Translations under genes and position numbers: made by a program
Origin: Eledone cirrhosa
Lineage: Eukaryota
NCBI GenBank assembly: GCA_964016885.1
Contig: OZ024752.1
Location: 12,462,001 to 12,526,000, forward strand
Reading direction: 5' to 3'
Length of the DNA: 64,000 nucleotides
Shown: in pieces, positions 14,197-28,058 of the stretch
Layout: each line of letters opens with the position of its first letter
Numbering within the stretch: the stretch's first letter is position 1
Notes under the pieces: model-generated
What the model was told of the DNA's origin: nothing
Seen by the model: the letters and a program-made list of their open reading frames with translations, nothing else
Databases searched by the model: none

Positions 14197-14688
14197 TGTA
14201 ATGGGCCTCAGTCAGTTTCAACGATGAGTGTTCCAGTTGTTCAAACTATGGATCAACTTGCTCATATAAAATTAACGTGACTGAGCACTTCACAGGCACG
14301 TGTACCTGAAACAATGGATTAGCTTTGATCATATAAAAATTGACATAAGTGGCAGAGCATTCTGCAAACCAATGTACCTCTAATGTAATTCTCAGGGGGA
14401 GGGGGGGTCCATTATGTTTGGAATTGCATCAGATGTTTTCATCACCAGTGGTAGCTGGATATTTGAAATAATGGTACAGCCCAACTGATGGGATTCCAAA
14501 CAGTTTTTGTCTACCAAAATTTCATTTACAAGGCCTTTACTGTGAAAATACAATAGTAAATATAGAGCAGGTGTGTGTAACATATTCCACTCGCGGGCCA
14601 CTTTTGAACATTGGAACAACTATTAGGGCCATTAATATTTATTAAACACTATTCCAAAGATTCACCACAACTTCATTCCATAACAGCG

Positions 14689-16960
14689 AACTGAGAAATT
14701 ATAACACATAACCTTATCAGTGAAGCCCTTTAGTATAGATTAACTGGGAAATTATAACACACATAACTCTATCAGTGAAGCCCTTTAGTATAGGTCAACT
14801 GGGAAATTATAACACACATAACTCTATCAGTGAAGCCCTTTAGTATAGGTCAACTGGGAAATTATAACACACATAACTCTATCAGTGAAGCCCTTTAGTA
14901 TAGGTCAACTGGGAAATTATGACACATAACCCTATCAGTGAAGCCCTTTAGTATAGGTCAACTGGGAAATTATAACACACATAACTCTATCAGTGAAGCC
15001 CTTTAGTATAGGTCAACTGGGAAATTATGACACATAACCCTATCAGTGAAGCCCTTTAGTATAGGTCAACTGGGAAATTATAACACACATAACTCTATCA
15101 GTGAAGCCCTTTAGTATAGGTCAACTGGGAAATTATGACACATAACCCTATCAGTGAAACCCTTTAGTATAGGTCAACTGGGAAATTATGACACATAACC
15201 CTATTAGTATAGGTCAACTGGGAAATTATAACACACATAACCCTATCAGTGAAGCCCTTTAGTATAGGTCAACTGGGAAATTATAACACACATAACCCTA
15301 TCAGTGAAGCCCTTTAGTATAGGTTAACTGGGAAATTATAACACACATAACCCTATCAGTAAAGCCCTTTAGTATAGGTCAACTGGGAAATTATAACACA
15401 TAACCCTATCAGTGAAGCCCTTTAGTATAGGTCAACTGGGAAATTATAACACATAACCCTATCAGTGAAACCCTTTAGTATAGGTCAACTGGGAAATTAT
15501 AACACGCATAACCCTATCAGTGAAACCCTTTAGTATAGGTCAACTGGGAAATTATAACACATAACCCTATCAGTGAAGCCCTTTAGTAGAGGTTAACTGG
15601 GAAATTATAACACATAACCCTATCAATGAAGCCCTTTAGTATAGGTTAACTGGGAAATTATAACACATAACCCTATCAATGAAGCCCTTTAGTATAGGTC
15701 AACTGAGAAATTATAACACATAACCCTATCAATGAAGCCCTTTAGTATAGGTCAACTGGGAAATTATAACACATAACCCTATCAATGAAGCCCTTTAGTA
15801 TAGGTCAACTGGGAAATTATGACACATAACCCTATTAGTATAGGTCAACTGGGAAATTATAACACACATAACCCTATCAGTGAAGCCCTTTAGTATAGGT
15901 CAACTGGGAAATTATAACACACACAAGCCTATCAGTGAAACCCTTTAGTATAGGTCAACTGGGAAATTATGACACATAACCCTATTAGTATAGGTTAACT
16001 GGGAAATTATAACACACATAACCCTATCAGTGAAGCCCTTTAGTATAGGTCAACTGGGAAATTATAACACATAACCCTATCAGTGAAGCCCTTTAGTATA
16101 GGTCAACTGGGAAATTATAACATATAACCCTATCAGTGAAGCCCTTTAGTATAGGTCAACTGGGAAATTATAACACACATAACCCTATCAGTGAAACCCT
16201 TTAGTATAGGTCAACTGGGAAATTATAACACATAACCCTATCAGTGAAGCCCTTTAGTAGAGGTTAACTGGGAAATTATAACACATAACCCTATCAATGA
16301 AGCCCTTTAGTATAGGTTAACTGGGAAATTATAACACATAACCCTATCAATGAAGCCCTTTAGTATAGGTTAACTGGGAAATTATAACACATAACCCTAT
16401 CAATGAAGCCCTTTAGTATAGGTCAACTGGGAAATTATAACACATAACCCTATCAATGAAGCCCTTTAGTATAGGTTAACTGGGAAATTATAACACATAA
16501 CCCTATCAGTGAACCCCTTTAGTATAGGTTAACTGGGAAATTATAACACATAACCCTATCAATGAAGCCCTTTAGTATAGGTTAACTGGGAAATTATAAC
16601 ACATAACCCTATCAGTGAAGCCCTTTAGTATAGGTTAACTGGGAAATTATAACACATAACCCTATCAATGAAGCCCTTTAGTATAGGTCAACTGGGAAAT
16701 TATAACACACATAACCCTATCAGTGAAGCCCTTTAGTATAGGTTAACTGGGAAATTATAACACATAACCCTATCAGTGAAACCCTTTAGTATAGGTTAAC
16801 TGGGAAATTATAACACACATAACCCTATCAGTGAAACCCTTTAGTATAGGTCAACTGGGAAATTATAACACATAACCCTATCAATGAAGCCCTTTAGTAT
16901 AGGTTAACTGGGAAATTATAACACATAACCCTATCAGTGAAGCCCTAATATAGCTCAACT
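14689..16960. repeat. 53-55-bp minisatellite (~42 units, a few with internal deletions)
   Basis: Unit aactgggaaattataacac(ac)ataaccctatcagtgaagccctttagtataggtc. Confidence 0.95.
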
Positions 16961-17764
16961 AACAGACAATTGTATCACGGTTACAAAAAAAATTCTAAAT
17001 TAGCCTACAAGGTAAAAGTTAAAAACTGTCATTGCAGGCCACTCTGGCTGGTCTGGCGGGCTAGATTGTGGCGCAGGGGCCGCTTGTTGCACACCCCTGG
17101 GTTTTACACACCCCTGGGTTAAAATAATCAGACTATTAGAGGCAGTTTCAGATGGCTTGCTGTTGAAAGGGATTAAAAAGAATTCTTTCTAACATTCGCA
17201 CAAGGCCAGCAATTGGGGAAACTTGATTATATCTACCCCAAATACTTAACTGGTACTTTATTTTATCAATCTTGTAACGGTTAGTATATAGAATACAACA
17301 AAAATAGCAGGTTATAAATCTGTGGGAAAATTAAAACTTATTGTATAAATCAATCTGGGGGATATTTAGGACTTATTGTATGAAGTTCTATTTGTCCATG
17401 TGAGTTTTTACTGACTTTCTCATGGATGTAACTTTTCTTGGTAGTAAAATATAAAAAAGATATTAATACTTACACATAATGGTTGTTCCTCTGAAGGGTC
17501 TTTGGAGTAACGTTACTTGAGAGAGTGCGTAGCTCAGTGATAAGAGAGTCACTCCTGGTAGAGCTGATACTTCTTTGAATTGAGAGGTCACAGGGCCGGA
17601 CCTATAGACATGTGGTTAGAATGGGCGTCCTCTGAAGGGTCTGTAGAGTAACATTACTTGATAGAGTGCATAGCTCAGTGACCAGACCGTCACTCCAGGT
17701 AGAGCTGCTATTTCTTCGAATTGTAAAGTGGTAACGCTGGTGCCAAGATAACATCCCCCAGTCC

Positions 17765-20490
17765 ACACTGTAAAGTGGTGTAGTGCTGAGGCCACAATAA
17801 AATTGATCAAGTCCACACTATACAGTGGTAGTGCTAGGGCCACAATGAAATTATTCAAGGCCACACAGTAAAGTGGTAGTGCTGGTGTGACAATAAAATA
17901 CACCTAGACAACACTGTAAAGTGGTAGTGCTGGTGTGACAATAAAATACACCTAGACCACACAGTAAAGTAGTAGTGCTGGTGTGACAATAAAATACACC
18001 TAGACAACACTGTAAAGTGGTAGTGCTGGTGTGACAATAAAATACACCTAGACCACACAGTAAAGTAGTAGTGCTGGTGCCACAATAAAATACACCTAGA
18101 CCACACTGTAAAGTGGTAGTGCTGGTGTCACAATAAAATACACCTAGACCACACAGTAAAGTAGTAGTGCTGGTGTCACAATAAAATACACCTAGACAAC
18201 ACTGTAAAGTGGTAGTGCTGGTGTGACAATAAAATACACCTAGACCACACAGTAAAGTAGTAGTGCTGGTGTGACAATAAAATACACCTAGACAACACTG
18301 TAAAGTGGTAGTGCTGGTGTGACAATAAAATACACCTAGACCACACAGTAAAGTAGTAGTGCTGGTGCCACAATAAAATACACCTAGACCACACTGTAAA
18401 GTGGTAGTGCTGGTGTCACAATAAAATACACCTAGACCACACAGTAAAGTAGTAGTGCTGGTGTCACAATAAAATACACCTAGACAACACTGTAAAGTGG
18501 TAGTGCTGGTGTGACAATAAAATACACCTAGACCACACAGTAAAGTAGTAGTGCTGGTGTGACAATAAAATACACCTAGACCACACAGTAAAGTGGTAGT
18601 GCTGGTGCCACAATAAAATACACCTAGACCACACTGTAAAGTGGTAGTGCTGGTGCCACAATAAAATACACCTAGACAACACTGTAAAGTGGTAGTGCTG
18701 GTTCCACAATAAAATACACCTAGACAACACTGTAAAGTGGTAGTGCTGGTGTGACAATAAAATACACCTAGACCACACTGTAAAGTGGTAGTGCTGGTGC
18801 CACAATAAAATACACCTAGACCACACTGTAAAGTGGTAGTGCTGGTGCCACAATAAAATACACCTAGACCACACAGTAAAGTAGTAGTGCTGGTGCCACA
18901 ATAAAATACACCTAGACCACACTGTAAAGTGGTAGTGTTGGTGTGACAATAAAATACACCTAGACCACACTGTAAAGTGGTAGTGCTGGTGCCACAATAA
19001 AATACACCTAGACCACACTGTAAAGTGGTAGTGTTGGTGTGACAATAACATACACCTAGACCACACTGTAAAGTGGTAGTGCTGGTGTGACAATAAAATA
19101 CACCTAGACCACACTGTAAAGTGGTAGTGTTGGTGTGACAATAAAATACACCTAGACCACACAGTAAAGTAGTAGTGCTGGTGTGACAATAAAATACACC
19201 TAGACCACACAGTAAAGTGGTAGTGCTGGTGCCACAATAAAATACACCTAGACAACACAGTAAAGTGGTAGTGCTGGTGTGACAATAAAATACACCTAGA
19301 CAACACAGTAAAGTAGTAGTGCTGGTGTGACAATAAAATACACCTAGACCACACTGTAAAGTAGTAGTGCTGGTGTGACAATAAAATACACCTAGACCAC
19401 ACAGTAAAGTAGTAGTGCTGGTGTGACAATAAAATACACCTAGACCACACTGTAAAGTGGTAGTGCTGGTGTGACAATAAAATACACCTAGACCACACAG
19501 TAAAGTAGTAGTGCTGGTGCCACAATAAAATACACCTAGACCACACAGTAAAGTAGTAGTGCTGGTGCCACAATAAAATACACCTAGACCACACAGTAAA
19601 GTAGTAGTGCTGGTGTGACAATAAAATACACCTAGACCACACAGTAAAGTAGTAGTGCTGGTGCCACAATAAAATACACCTAGACCACACAGTAAAGTAG
19701 TAGTGCTGGTGCCACAATAAAATACACCTAGACAACACTGTAAAGTGGTAGTGCTGGTGTGACAATAAAATACACCTAGACCACACTGTAAAGTAGTAGT
19801 GCTGGTGCCACAATAAAATACACCAAGACAACACTGTAAAGTAGTAGTGCTGGTGCCACAATAAAATACACCTAGACAACACTGTAAAGTAGTAGTGCTG
19901 GTGCCACAATAAAATACACCAAGACAACACTGTAAAGTTGTAGTGCTGGTGTGACAATAAAATACACCTAGACCACACTGTAAAGTGGTAGTGCTGGTGT
20001 GACAATAAAATACACCAAGACAACACTGTAAAGTGGTAGTGCTGGTGTGACAATAAAATACACCTAGACCACACTGTAAAGTGGTAGTGCTGGTGTCACA
20101 ATAAAATACACCTAGACCACACTGTAAAGTAGTAGTGCTGGTGTGACAATAAAATACACCAAGACAACACTGTAAAGTGGTAGTGCTGGTGTGACAATAA
20201 AATACACCAAGACAACACTGTAAAGTGGTAGTGCTGGTGTGACAATAAAATACACCTAGACAACACAGTAAAGTAGTAGTGCTGGTGTGACAATAAAATA
20301 CACCTAGACCACACTGTAAAGTGGTAGTGCTGGTGCCACAATAAAATACACCTAGACAACACTGTAAAGTGGTAGTGCTGGTGTGACAATAAAATACACC
20401 TAGACCACACAGGAGTGGTAGTGCTGGTGCCACAATAAAATACACCTAGACCACACAGGAGTGGTAGTGCTGGTGCCACAATAAAATTCA
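17765..20490. repeat. 48-bp minisatellite (~55 units) with local 288-bp higher-order periodicity
   Basis: Unit cacactgtaaagtggtagtgctggtgtgacaataaaatacacctagac. Identical variant patterns start at 18106 and 18394 on the minus strand (6 units apart). Confidence 0.95.
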
Positions 20491-20513
20491 TCAAGGCCAC
20501 AGAATATGCATGA

Positions 20514-23110
20514 TTATAATAATAATAATAATAATGAAATATTGTGTACAGTGCTCAGGTGCACTACAATTCATCAAAAAGTGTATGTATAGTACATAGG
20601 GTAATGTACAAGCGTCAGGAAAATGAACAGTGCATGAGTATTGATATACACATGTGTGAAAGTGTATGGAAGGGGGACATCAGGTGTAGTTTTGGCGAAT
20701 TTCGGGAAGCATGAGTGTCTTAAAGGATGCAGTGTCTCGGCAGCTAACAACTGACGCAGGCAGTTTGTTCCATGCTTCAGCAACTCTGAGCATGAAAAAA
20801 TGTTTCCGAAAGTCATGGGAGCTGTGCTGTTTTCTGATTTTGTAGGCATGTCCACATGTGTTAGACACATGGAGATCAAAAAGGTGCTCAGGGTTGTTGT
20901 TGGCGATATGGTTAATAACTTTGTGGGTGTTTACCAAGTCCATTGCCAGACGTCGGAGCTTCAATGAATCCATGCCCAGGGAAGCGAGGCATTCAGGGTA
21001 TGGTAGGTGTCTGATGGAGGGTATGCGCTTGGTTGCACGTCTCTGAACAGTTTCCAGGAGGTCAATGTTCTGAGCAAGATAGGGGTTCCAGACTGATGAT
21101 GCGAATTCCAAGTGTGGTCATACCATAGCTGTATACTGCTTTAAATAGATGGCTGGAGAGCAGCTAACAAAGGTCTTGCTGAGTGATGCCAAGACACCCT
21201 CAGCCTTCTTGACAATCTTAGAAACATTCTTTGTCCAACGCAAATCGCTGCTGACAGTAATGCCCAGGTCACGTTCACAAGAGGACTTCTTGATATCAGT
21301 GTTGTGGAGGGAGTATGTGGACGCTGGATTTTTCCTCCCAAAATGCATGGTGGTACACTTGTCCACAGCCAGCTTCAGTTGCCAGTCTGATCCATTGCTG
21401 CATTGTGTCCAGGTCTGATTGTAAGAAAGAGTTGTAGATTTCAGGATTAGTCCTTTTGATTTCAAGGTACAGCTTGATATCATCTGCATATTTCAGTACC
21501 ATGGCATTCTTTAAGTTGGCATCTATGTCATTAATATATGCCACAAACAAAAGAGGACCAAGAACAGATCCCTGTGGTACACCAGATGACATCTCATATG
21601 GTGAAGAATGCTGTCCTAGAACCGTGACTACCTGTTTTTGGCTGAGAATGAAGGATTTCAACCAATTAAAAAGATCATCCCTCACACCCATTGCAGAGAG
21701 TTTTGCCATAAGTCTTTTGTGTGGCACAGAATTAAAAGCCTTAGCAAAGTCAAGGTAAACAACATCCACCCATGATCCGCTGTCAGTGATCCAGGTAATG
21801 TCTTCAAGGAACTCGATAAGCTGATCACAGCAGCTGGAGTTAGGGATAAATCCAAACTGCGAGGGCCGGATGAGGCTGTAAGAGCTCCAGAAGTTCCAAA
21901 GTGTTTCTCTGACACAGGATTCCATCAGTTTGGCAATACAGCTAGTGAGACTGACTGGACGATAGTTGACAGGTGACATGCGGTCGCCCTTTTTGAACAG
22001 ACGAATGACACTGGCAGTTTTCCACTGCTCCGGAGTAGCACCATTGTTGAGTATTGACAGTATTGAAAGAAGAAAGAAAGCTGGTGCAAAAGGAAGTACC
22101 CGCCATGTTTGAGAAGCAGGTATGTCACACCATCAAGACCAGGGGAGCATAGTTGCGCTTATTCTTAAGGTGACGTCGCAACATTGCAGGTGTAAATTCC
22201 ATAGTTGTTATGGAATTTGATGTTAGAGATGGTGGAGATGGTACATTCTGGTTTTCAACAGTAAAAATGCTTGCATAGCACTCAGCAATGAGTTCTGCGC
22301 ATTCTTTGGGATCGTCAGTGATCTGGCTTGTGTGAGGATTGCGAAGAGGACCAACTGGAGAGTGAGGTCTCTGCTTTCATCATCATCATCATCAACGTTT
22401 AACGTCCGTGTTCCACGCTTGCATGGGTTTGGACGGGGGTAGTCCCACTTGAGGCAAGAGTGATTGTCTTGCTCGCATAGGACTGTCTGGCAGGTTTTCT
22501 ACAGTTGGATGCCCTTCCTAACACCAACCACATTTACAGTGTGGGGCTGGGAGGTTTTTACCGTGTTGCCTACACGGCCACATTACAGCGTGGACTGTGT
22601 GTTTTTTTGTCGTGACACCTACACGATCTCATTTGTTTCGGCCTGGATGGCGCGGCACCAACATAACTTTACATAGAATGAACATATTTTGAATGAACAT
22701 ATTTCCAGAACACCTTACTGTCAGGATTGGTTGCTATGCACTGTTCAAATTCAAGCACTGCCTTCTTTGTCACTTGCTTGAGATGGTTGGAAGATTTATT
22801 CCGCTTTTTTCTGTTGGCATCTGATTTATGCAGTTTATATTCCCGTTCAGCGTTCCAACGTTCTTTCCTGGTAAATCGGACCGCTGAAGTTTCCCAAATT
22901 GCACTTTTGGGGTGGGGTTTTTTCTGCTTACATGGCACCGATGCTGCACACGCTATCCATATTGAGTCCAGGATGCTCTGGAGTATAGTGTTCACATCTC
23001 CAGAGTTATACAACTCATGCCAGTTTGGGCGCTGTAGCTCAGTGCAGTACAAGTTCCAATCTGCTTTCTTCCAATCAAAGCAAGCAGGTTGGAGATGGTT
23101 CTGGTTATGT
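20514..23110 (-). mobile_element. Decayed CR1-like LINE (RT domain and C-terminus) with (ATT)n tail
   Basis: ORF pieces contain YRPVSLTS, QFGF, VYLDFAKAFNSVPH, SGVPQGSVLGPLLF, YADD and ETVQRRATK...RVAEAWNKLP. Several frameshifts. Interrupted by an RTE 3' end at 22378-22677. Confidence 0.92.
22378..22677 (-). mobile_element. 5'-truncated RTE LINE 3' UTR with (GAT)n tail, nested in the CR1-like LINE
   Basis: Near-identical to the 3' UTR of 43576-44431. Confidence 0.85.
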
Positions 23111-23410
23111 GAAATCTTAACTCGGTCTATTATTCAAAACCACATGTCTGTGAATATGATTTTATCTATCTGAATAAGCTGTTTATACGGTATGGCTCAG
23201 CTTTCTGTGCACCTTCTCAGGAATTTAGTTATAGACACATAAATCACAAGGAAAGGGCTTTATTTGGGAAAAATTTAGTATGAATAATATCGAGACTTTT
23301 TTTTTCTTTTGGTGTATCCTACTCAATAAATCCTTCATTAGCATAAATGACTGCTTCAATCTGAGGTTTGAAACATGGACTTGCCTGAATCAGATAACAT
23401 TGATCTAATT

Positions 23411-23960
23411 TGGTGATGATGATGATGGTTGTGGTGTTGGTGGTGGTAGTGGTGGTGATGGTGGTGGTGGTGGTTTTTGTGGTAGTGATGGTGATAGTGG
23501 TGATTGTGGTGGTGGTTGGTGTTGTGGTAGTGGTGGTTGTTGTTGTTGTTGTGGTGGTGGTTGTTGGTGTTGTGGTGGTGGTGGTGGTTGTTGTTGTGGT
23601 GGTGGTGGTTCGTGTCATGGTGGTGGTGGTTGTTGTTGTGGTAGTTGTTGTGGTGATGATGGTGGTTGTGGTAGTTGTGGTGGTGGTGGTGGTGGTGGTT
23701 GTGGTAGTTGTTGTGGTAGAGGTGGTGGTGACGGTGGTGGTTGTGATGGTGTTGGTGGTAGTTGTTTTTGTGTGGTGGTTGTGTTGATGGTAATGGTTGT
23801 GGTTGTAGTGTTGGGGGTGATGGTGTTTTTGCTGGTTGTGGTGGTGACGGTGGATGTGGTGGTCATGGTAGTGGTGATGGTGGTGATGGTTGTGGTGGTA
23901 GTTGTGGTGGTGGTGTTGGTAGTGGTGATGGTGGTGTTGGTGGTGGTGGTGTGTGTCTGT
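23411..23960. repeat. (GGT/GTT)n microsatellite
   Basis: Directly visible. Confidence 0.9.
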
Positions 23961-24095
23961 GTGTCTACCTCTTTGTGTACCTGTCAGTATTTGTAACAAC
24001 ATATTTACCATTAAGTGGAGCAGAACTAGAGTCAAGGCTAGTAAACTACACTCCTAACATTTCTATTTTATTTCACTGGTATATATATATATATA

Positions 24096-24684
24096 CTAGC
24101 AATGGTACCCGACGTTGCACGGGATAAGGTATTTTGGAAGGCGGGCCGCCAACAGACCTAATTTGTGGAAAAACTGTATGCCTGGACAATATGTAAAGAA
24201 AATAAACCGAATACTCTGATGGGTGGATAATCTTTAAGATTTTCCTCGATGAAGCAGGAAAAATTCAGGTTTTCACCTAATGCGGGCCCTAGGGGATCAA
24301 GAAACTGAATTTTTTTAAATGTGCATAATATGCCTTGAAATTTCGGGAAAATCGGCTAGACGTAACACCTCAAAAAAGCCCTAAATAGCTGAAAAAATGA
24401 AGTTTTTCACCTAGGCCATAAACAAGTTGGATTTCATTTGCTCACGGTATGAAGAAGTGACTGACTAATACATAGTTACAATTTCAAGGAAATCTGACGT
24501 AACGCCTCAAAAAACCCCTAAAAAACTGAAAAAACGCAGTTTTTCACCTAATGCGGGTCCTAGGGGATCAAAAAGTTGAATTTATGTGCATAACACTCCC
24601 TGAAACATAAGTAATACACATGTAAAGATTGAAAATAATCGATTGGGTACTTCTCGAGTTTTAGGGATTCAAACCCACAGACAG

Positions 24685-24735
<51 letters not shown>

Positions 24736-24741
24736 TCCTCA

Positions 24742-24750
<9 letters not shown>
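24096..24750 (-). mobile_element. Non-autonomous Helitron
   Basis: Minus-strand 3' end cccgtgcaacgtcggg hairpin followed by CTAG (24096-24099). The 5' region resembles 42433-42609. Confidence 0.65.
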
Positions 24751-24811
<61 letters not shown>

Positions 24812-24824
24812 TAGTTTATTAAGT

Positions 24825-24899
24825 AGTGACGCACGTTTCGCTATGGATCAGCTCAAGGTTCAATCTAGCCCGACTCTGGAATCAAAAGCTCGTCGGACT
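24825..24899 (-). ncRNA. Type I hammerhead motif in an inverted-repeat unit
   Basis: Reverse complement: agt-CCGACGA-gct...agc-GAAAC-gtgc-GTC-act. The inverted arm 24937-24976 keeps the canonical CTGACGA but lacks the 3' half. Confidence 0.65.
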
Positions 24900-25254
24900 T
24901 CTGTTGTGGTAATGACAGAATGACCATTCTGTCAAAAGAAGTCTGACGAGCTTTTGATTCCAGAGTCGGGCTAGATCGATACAGATCGAACAGGTTAAGA
25001 CACTAGAATAAACAACCACCCCCTCACAGTCATCAGTCTGAACAACAAGCCCCCAACAATGAAATGAACTTCGTTGTCAGCAGCATAGAGTTCCCACCTC
25101 CACCACCACCACCAAATAAAACCAAAGTAGTTTCAATGCCACAGACTGAACAATAATATAGTTTACCAGATAACTCCTGACATTTTAGAATTTTATTTCT
25201 TTCAGCTATTAATGTTACATTCTAGTCCTGACCACTCTGCATATCCTCTAGACC

Positions 25255-25993
25255 AGGTATTCCCATAAAAACTCTAATTAGTAAAACATACCCATTTCAA
25301 AGAAACCCCTGCACTAATAGGAAATGCATTGTCTGCAAGCTAAGCCCGCAAACCTACTGCAAAACTAGGGGCGTAGTATATATTATAAGATGTACCGAGG
25401 GACAGTGTAGGAATAAGAACATAACATACATAGGTGAAACAGCCCGTAGCATAGGAGAAAAGATAAGTGTGCACTGGTGAGAACTCCAGGATGGGAGAAA
25501 CTCATCAGTACTCCACCAACATGCCAAAATAGAACATAGGGGCACATTAGAGAACATAGAGATACAAATTATATCCACACACAGAAAAGTTGCAATGCTC
25601 AGGCAAATCACAGAGGCGATACATATAACCGAACTCCAACCAAAATTAAACAGAAAACATGAGTGGAATAGCAACATCACAACTAGTAATTAAGGACAAG
25701 ATGAAGACATACAGACATACACAAAAACCAAACTAACAAAACAAATCAGTCACAGAGATAGAACAAACAACCAACTCGTGACAAGTAAATATACACATAA
25801 ATAAATAGACAAACACACACAAACACACCCAGATGTAACGCATCTGGTTATCTAACCAACCAACCGGAAATTGAAGTGAAAACCAGCAGGTGCGTGTGTT
25901 TTTATTGGCAGCATGACCCTCCCAAAGTATAACAATATCTGTTTTAACATAAGTTTTGAGATAAGAAATCTTGCAAAACAAATTAAAAAACGT

Positions 25994-25995
<2 letters not shown>
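25255..25995 (+). mobile_element. Penelope-like element 3' fragment (GIY-YIG and 3' end)
   Basis: Translates to CKTRGVVYIIRCTEGQCRNKNITYIGETARSIGEKISVHW*; homologous to 50000-51025; ends in (TA)n. Confidence 0.88.
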
Positions 25996-26061
<66 letters not shown>

Positions 26062-26064
<3 letters not shown>

Positions 26065-26447
26065 CAATAAGAAGAAAGCGTGAACGGGAGAAAGTTTTCC
26101 TTCATCAGTTGTCTGCTGGGGGTCTCGGAGATTTACTAGGCATTAAAGACCAGATATCTCGCCCCAGTGCGTTCAATAACTAAGGTAAGTTATTGGGAAA
26201 ACAAGGAGGGAGAGAAATAAATTATAGGATAACAGAATTTCTTTCTCTCCCTCCTTGTTTTCCCAATAACTTACCTTAGTTATTGAACGCACTGGGGCGA
26301 GATATCTGGTCTTTAATGCCTAGTAAATCTCCGAGACCCCCAGCAGACAACTGATGAAGGAAAACTTTCTCCCGTTCACGCTTTCTTCTTATTGTTAAGT
26401 ATACCTTATCCAGCAACTACACAGACTCCTCTCTTCTTCTTCTTCCT
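26062..26447. repeat. 156-bp inverted repeat with 50-bp tail in (TA)n
   Basis: Arms 26062-26217 and 26242-26397, 24-bp spacer. Each arm carries CTGATGA with no clear downstream GAAA. Confidence 0.9.
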
Positions 26448-26800
26448 ATATATATATATATATAAACGGAAAAAATGAAACGATATTTCATTTCCCACTC
26501 TTAGTACGGCTGTTACTTAAATATAAGTATGTACACGTATATACATATATGTATACAGACGTACAGTAGTATGTATATATATATACATACATGCACACAT
26601 ATATATATGCACGTATGGATTCACCGAACATTTATTATAATGCTCGGTGTGTTTGTAAACAAACATCCCGTATTAAGCCGTAGTGTCTAGCAACCACCGT
26701 TGCTCGTTTGTTCAACACTGACAAAGGAACGCTGTACTAGTTTCAAATATATATATATATATTTGATAGGAGGTCAATTATATGTACAAGCATTGAAAGA

Positions 26801-26847
26801 TGCTCCGAAGACACCAAGCCTAGGTTTGGATGAAACAATTGTAAGTG
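26801..26847 (+). ncRNA. Type I hammerhead motif with U4C change, in a ~120-bp unit in (TA)n
   Basis: tgct-CCGAAGA-ca-ccaagcc(ta)ggtttgg-at-GAAAC-aatt-GTA-agtg. Confidence 0.6.
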
Positions 26848-26881
26848 AATAAATGTTTTGAACATAGCTTTGATTCTTGTG

Positions 26882-26921
<40 letters not shown>

Positions 26922-26923
<2 letters not shown>

Positions 26924-27277
26924 GGATTAACAAATAATAGTTAAATGCAGTCCACTTAGGTGAAGTCCAGTTATGGTATTCCAGGTAGTGGATGATATTA
27001 ACGCTTGGCTTGGTTTGACTCAACAAGGCGTTTTCATAGTGATGCTGCGGGTATGCTGTAATTCCTATGTTGTAAACACTTGGAGTAATAATAAATCAGG
27101 AAAGAAGGTTTACATGGTTTGCTATACAAAAAAGTTTTTAATCACATAGCTTACATTTGTTTCACTGAACTGGTATGTCTAGAGATCGCTATCCGACATA
27201 CCAGTTCAGTGAAACAAATGTAAGCTATGTGATTAAAAACTTTTTTGTATAGCAAACCATGTAAACCTTCTTTCCTG

Positions 27278-27283
<6 letters not shown>
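26922..27283. repeat. 89-bp inverted repeat with left tail in (TA)n; arms hold the 3' half of a hammerhead
   Basis: Arms 27091-27179 and 27195-27283; both contain GAAAC-aaat-GTA-agct. Confidence 0.85.
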
Positions 27284-27329
<46 letters not shown>

Positions 27330-27460
27330 GAGGTTTTTTTTACAAAATGAGAAATAACCGAGGTGTCCTACACGAGTGAAAGTATAAAGAAAAAAAGATG
27401 AAATCGAAAATGCAACTGGAGTCTTATTTTAAAAAATATATATATATATTTATTTGGTTC

Positions 27461-27496
27461 CTTTACCGGTTTCGCAGTTCTTCTGCTTTTCAAAAG
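27461..27496 (-). ncRNA. Minimal type I hammerhead, U3-A8 core variant
   Basis: Reverse complement: ctt-TTGAAAA-gcag(aagaa)ctgc-GAAAC-cg-GTA-aag. Helix III region accggt is palindromic. Confidence 0.7.
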
Positions 27497-27557
27497 TAGA
27501 GTTGAGATGGAGGGTCTGTGGTTTTTCTATATATATATATAAATAAATATATATATA

Positions 27558-28006
27558 AATGTCACTGGACCGAGACCTTTGGCGGTACTCAGTAACAGAG
27601 AAGACCCGCCTTACCTAAATATATAGTAAAACCTACTCCAGCCAGTAGGCATCTCTAACAAATACACCCCGTCCCACCACCCCCACCCGATCCACACCAC
27701 CCCGTTCTATGTAAAGTTATGTTGGTGCCGCGCCATCGAGGCCGAAACAAATGAGATCGTGTAGGTGTCACGACAAAAAAACACACAGTCCACGCTGTAA
27801 TGTGGCCGTGTAGGCAACACGGTAAAAACCTCCCAGACCCACACTGTAAATGTGGTTGGTGTTAGGAAGGGCATCCAACTGTAGAAAACCTGCCAGACAG
27901 TCCTATGCGAGCAAGACAATCACTCTTGCCTCAAGTGGGACTACCCCCGTCCAAACCCATGCAAGCGTGGAACACGGACGTTAAACGCTGATGATGATGA
28001 TGATGA

Positions 28007-28010
<4 letters not shown>
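27558..28010 (+). mobile_element. 5'-truncated RTE LINE (ORF end, 3' UTR and (GAT)n)
   Basis: [18 protein letters not shown] followed by the same UTR as 43576-43960. Confidence 0.88.

Positions 28011-28058
<48 letters not shown>

Noticed and set aside
12165-14221. Long HT/VC-repeat ORFs, and the similar YI ORFs at 5600-6700, 39384-40004 and 50847-55068
   Set aside because: Dinucleotide microsatellite artefacts
14689-16960. TAACCCT in each unit read as telomeric repeat
   Set aside because: Only one imperfect hexamer per unit and no (TTAGGG)n run
17851-20445. 864-aa Cys/Thr-rich and 536-aa His/Trp-rich ORFs
   Set aside because: Both are translations of a 48-bp tandem repeat (a multiple of 3) that is open in several frames, with no unique N- or C-terminal domain
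10211-20490. Regular arrays as CRISPR loci
   Set aside because: The units are contiguous tandem repeats without unique spacers; there are no cas genes and the context is eukaryotic
26346-26430. Complete hammerhead at gacaa-CTGATGA-agga
   Set aside because: No downstream GAAA-NUH or closing helix I could be found
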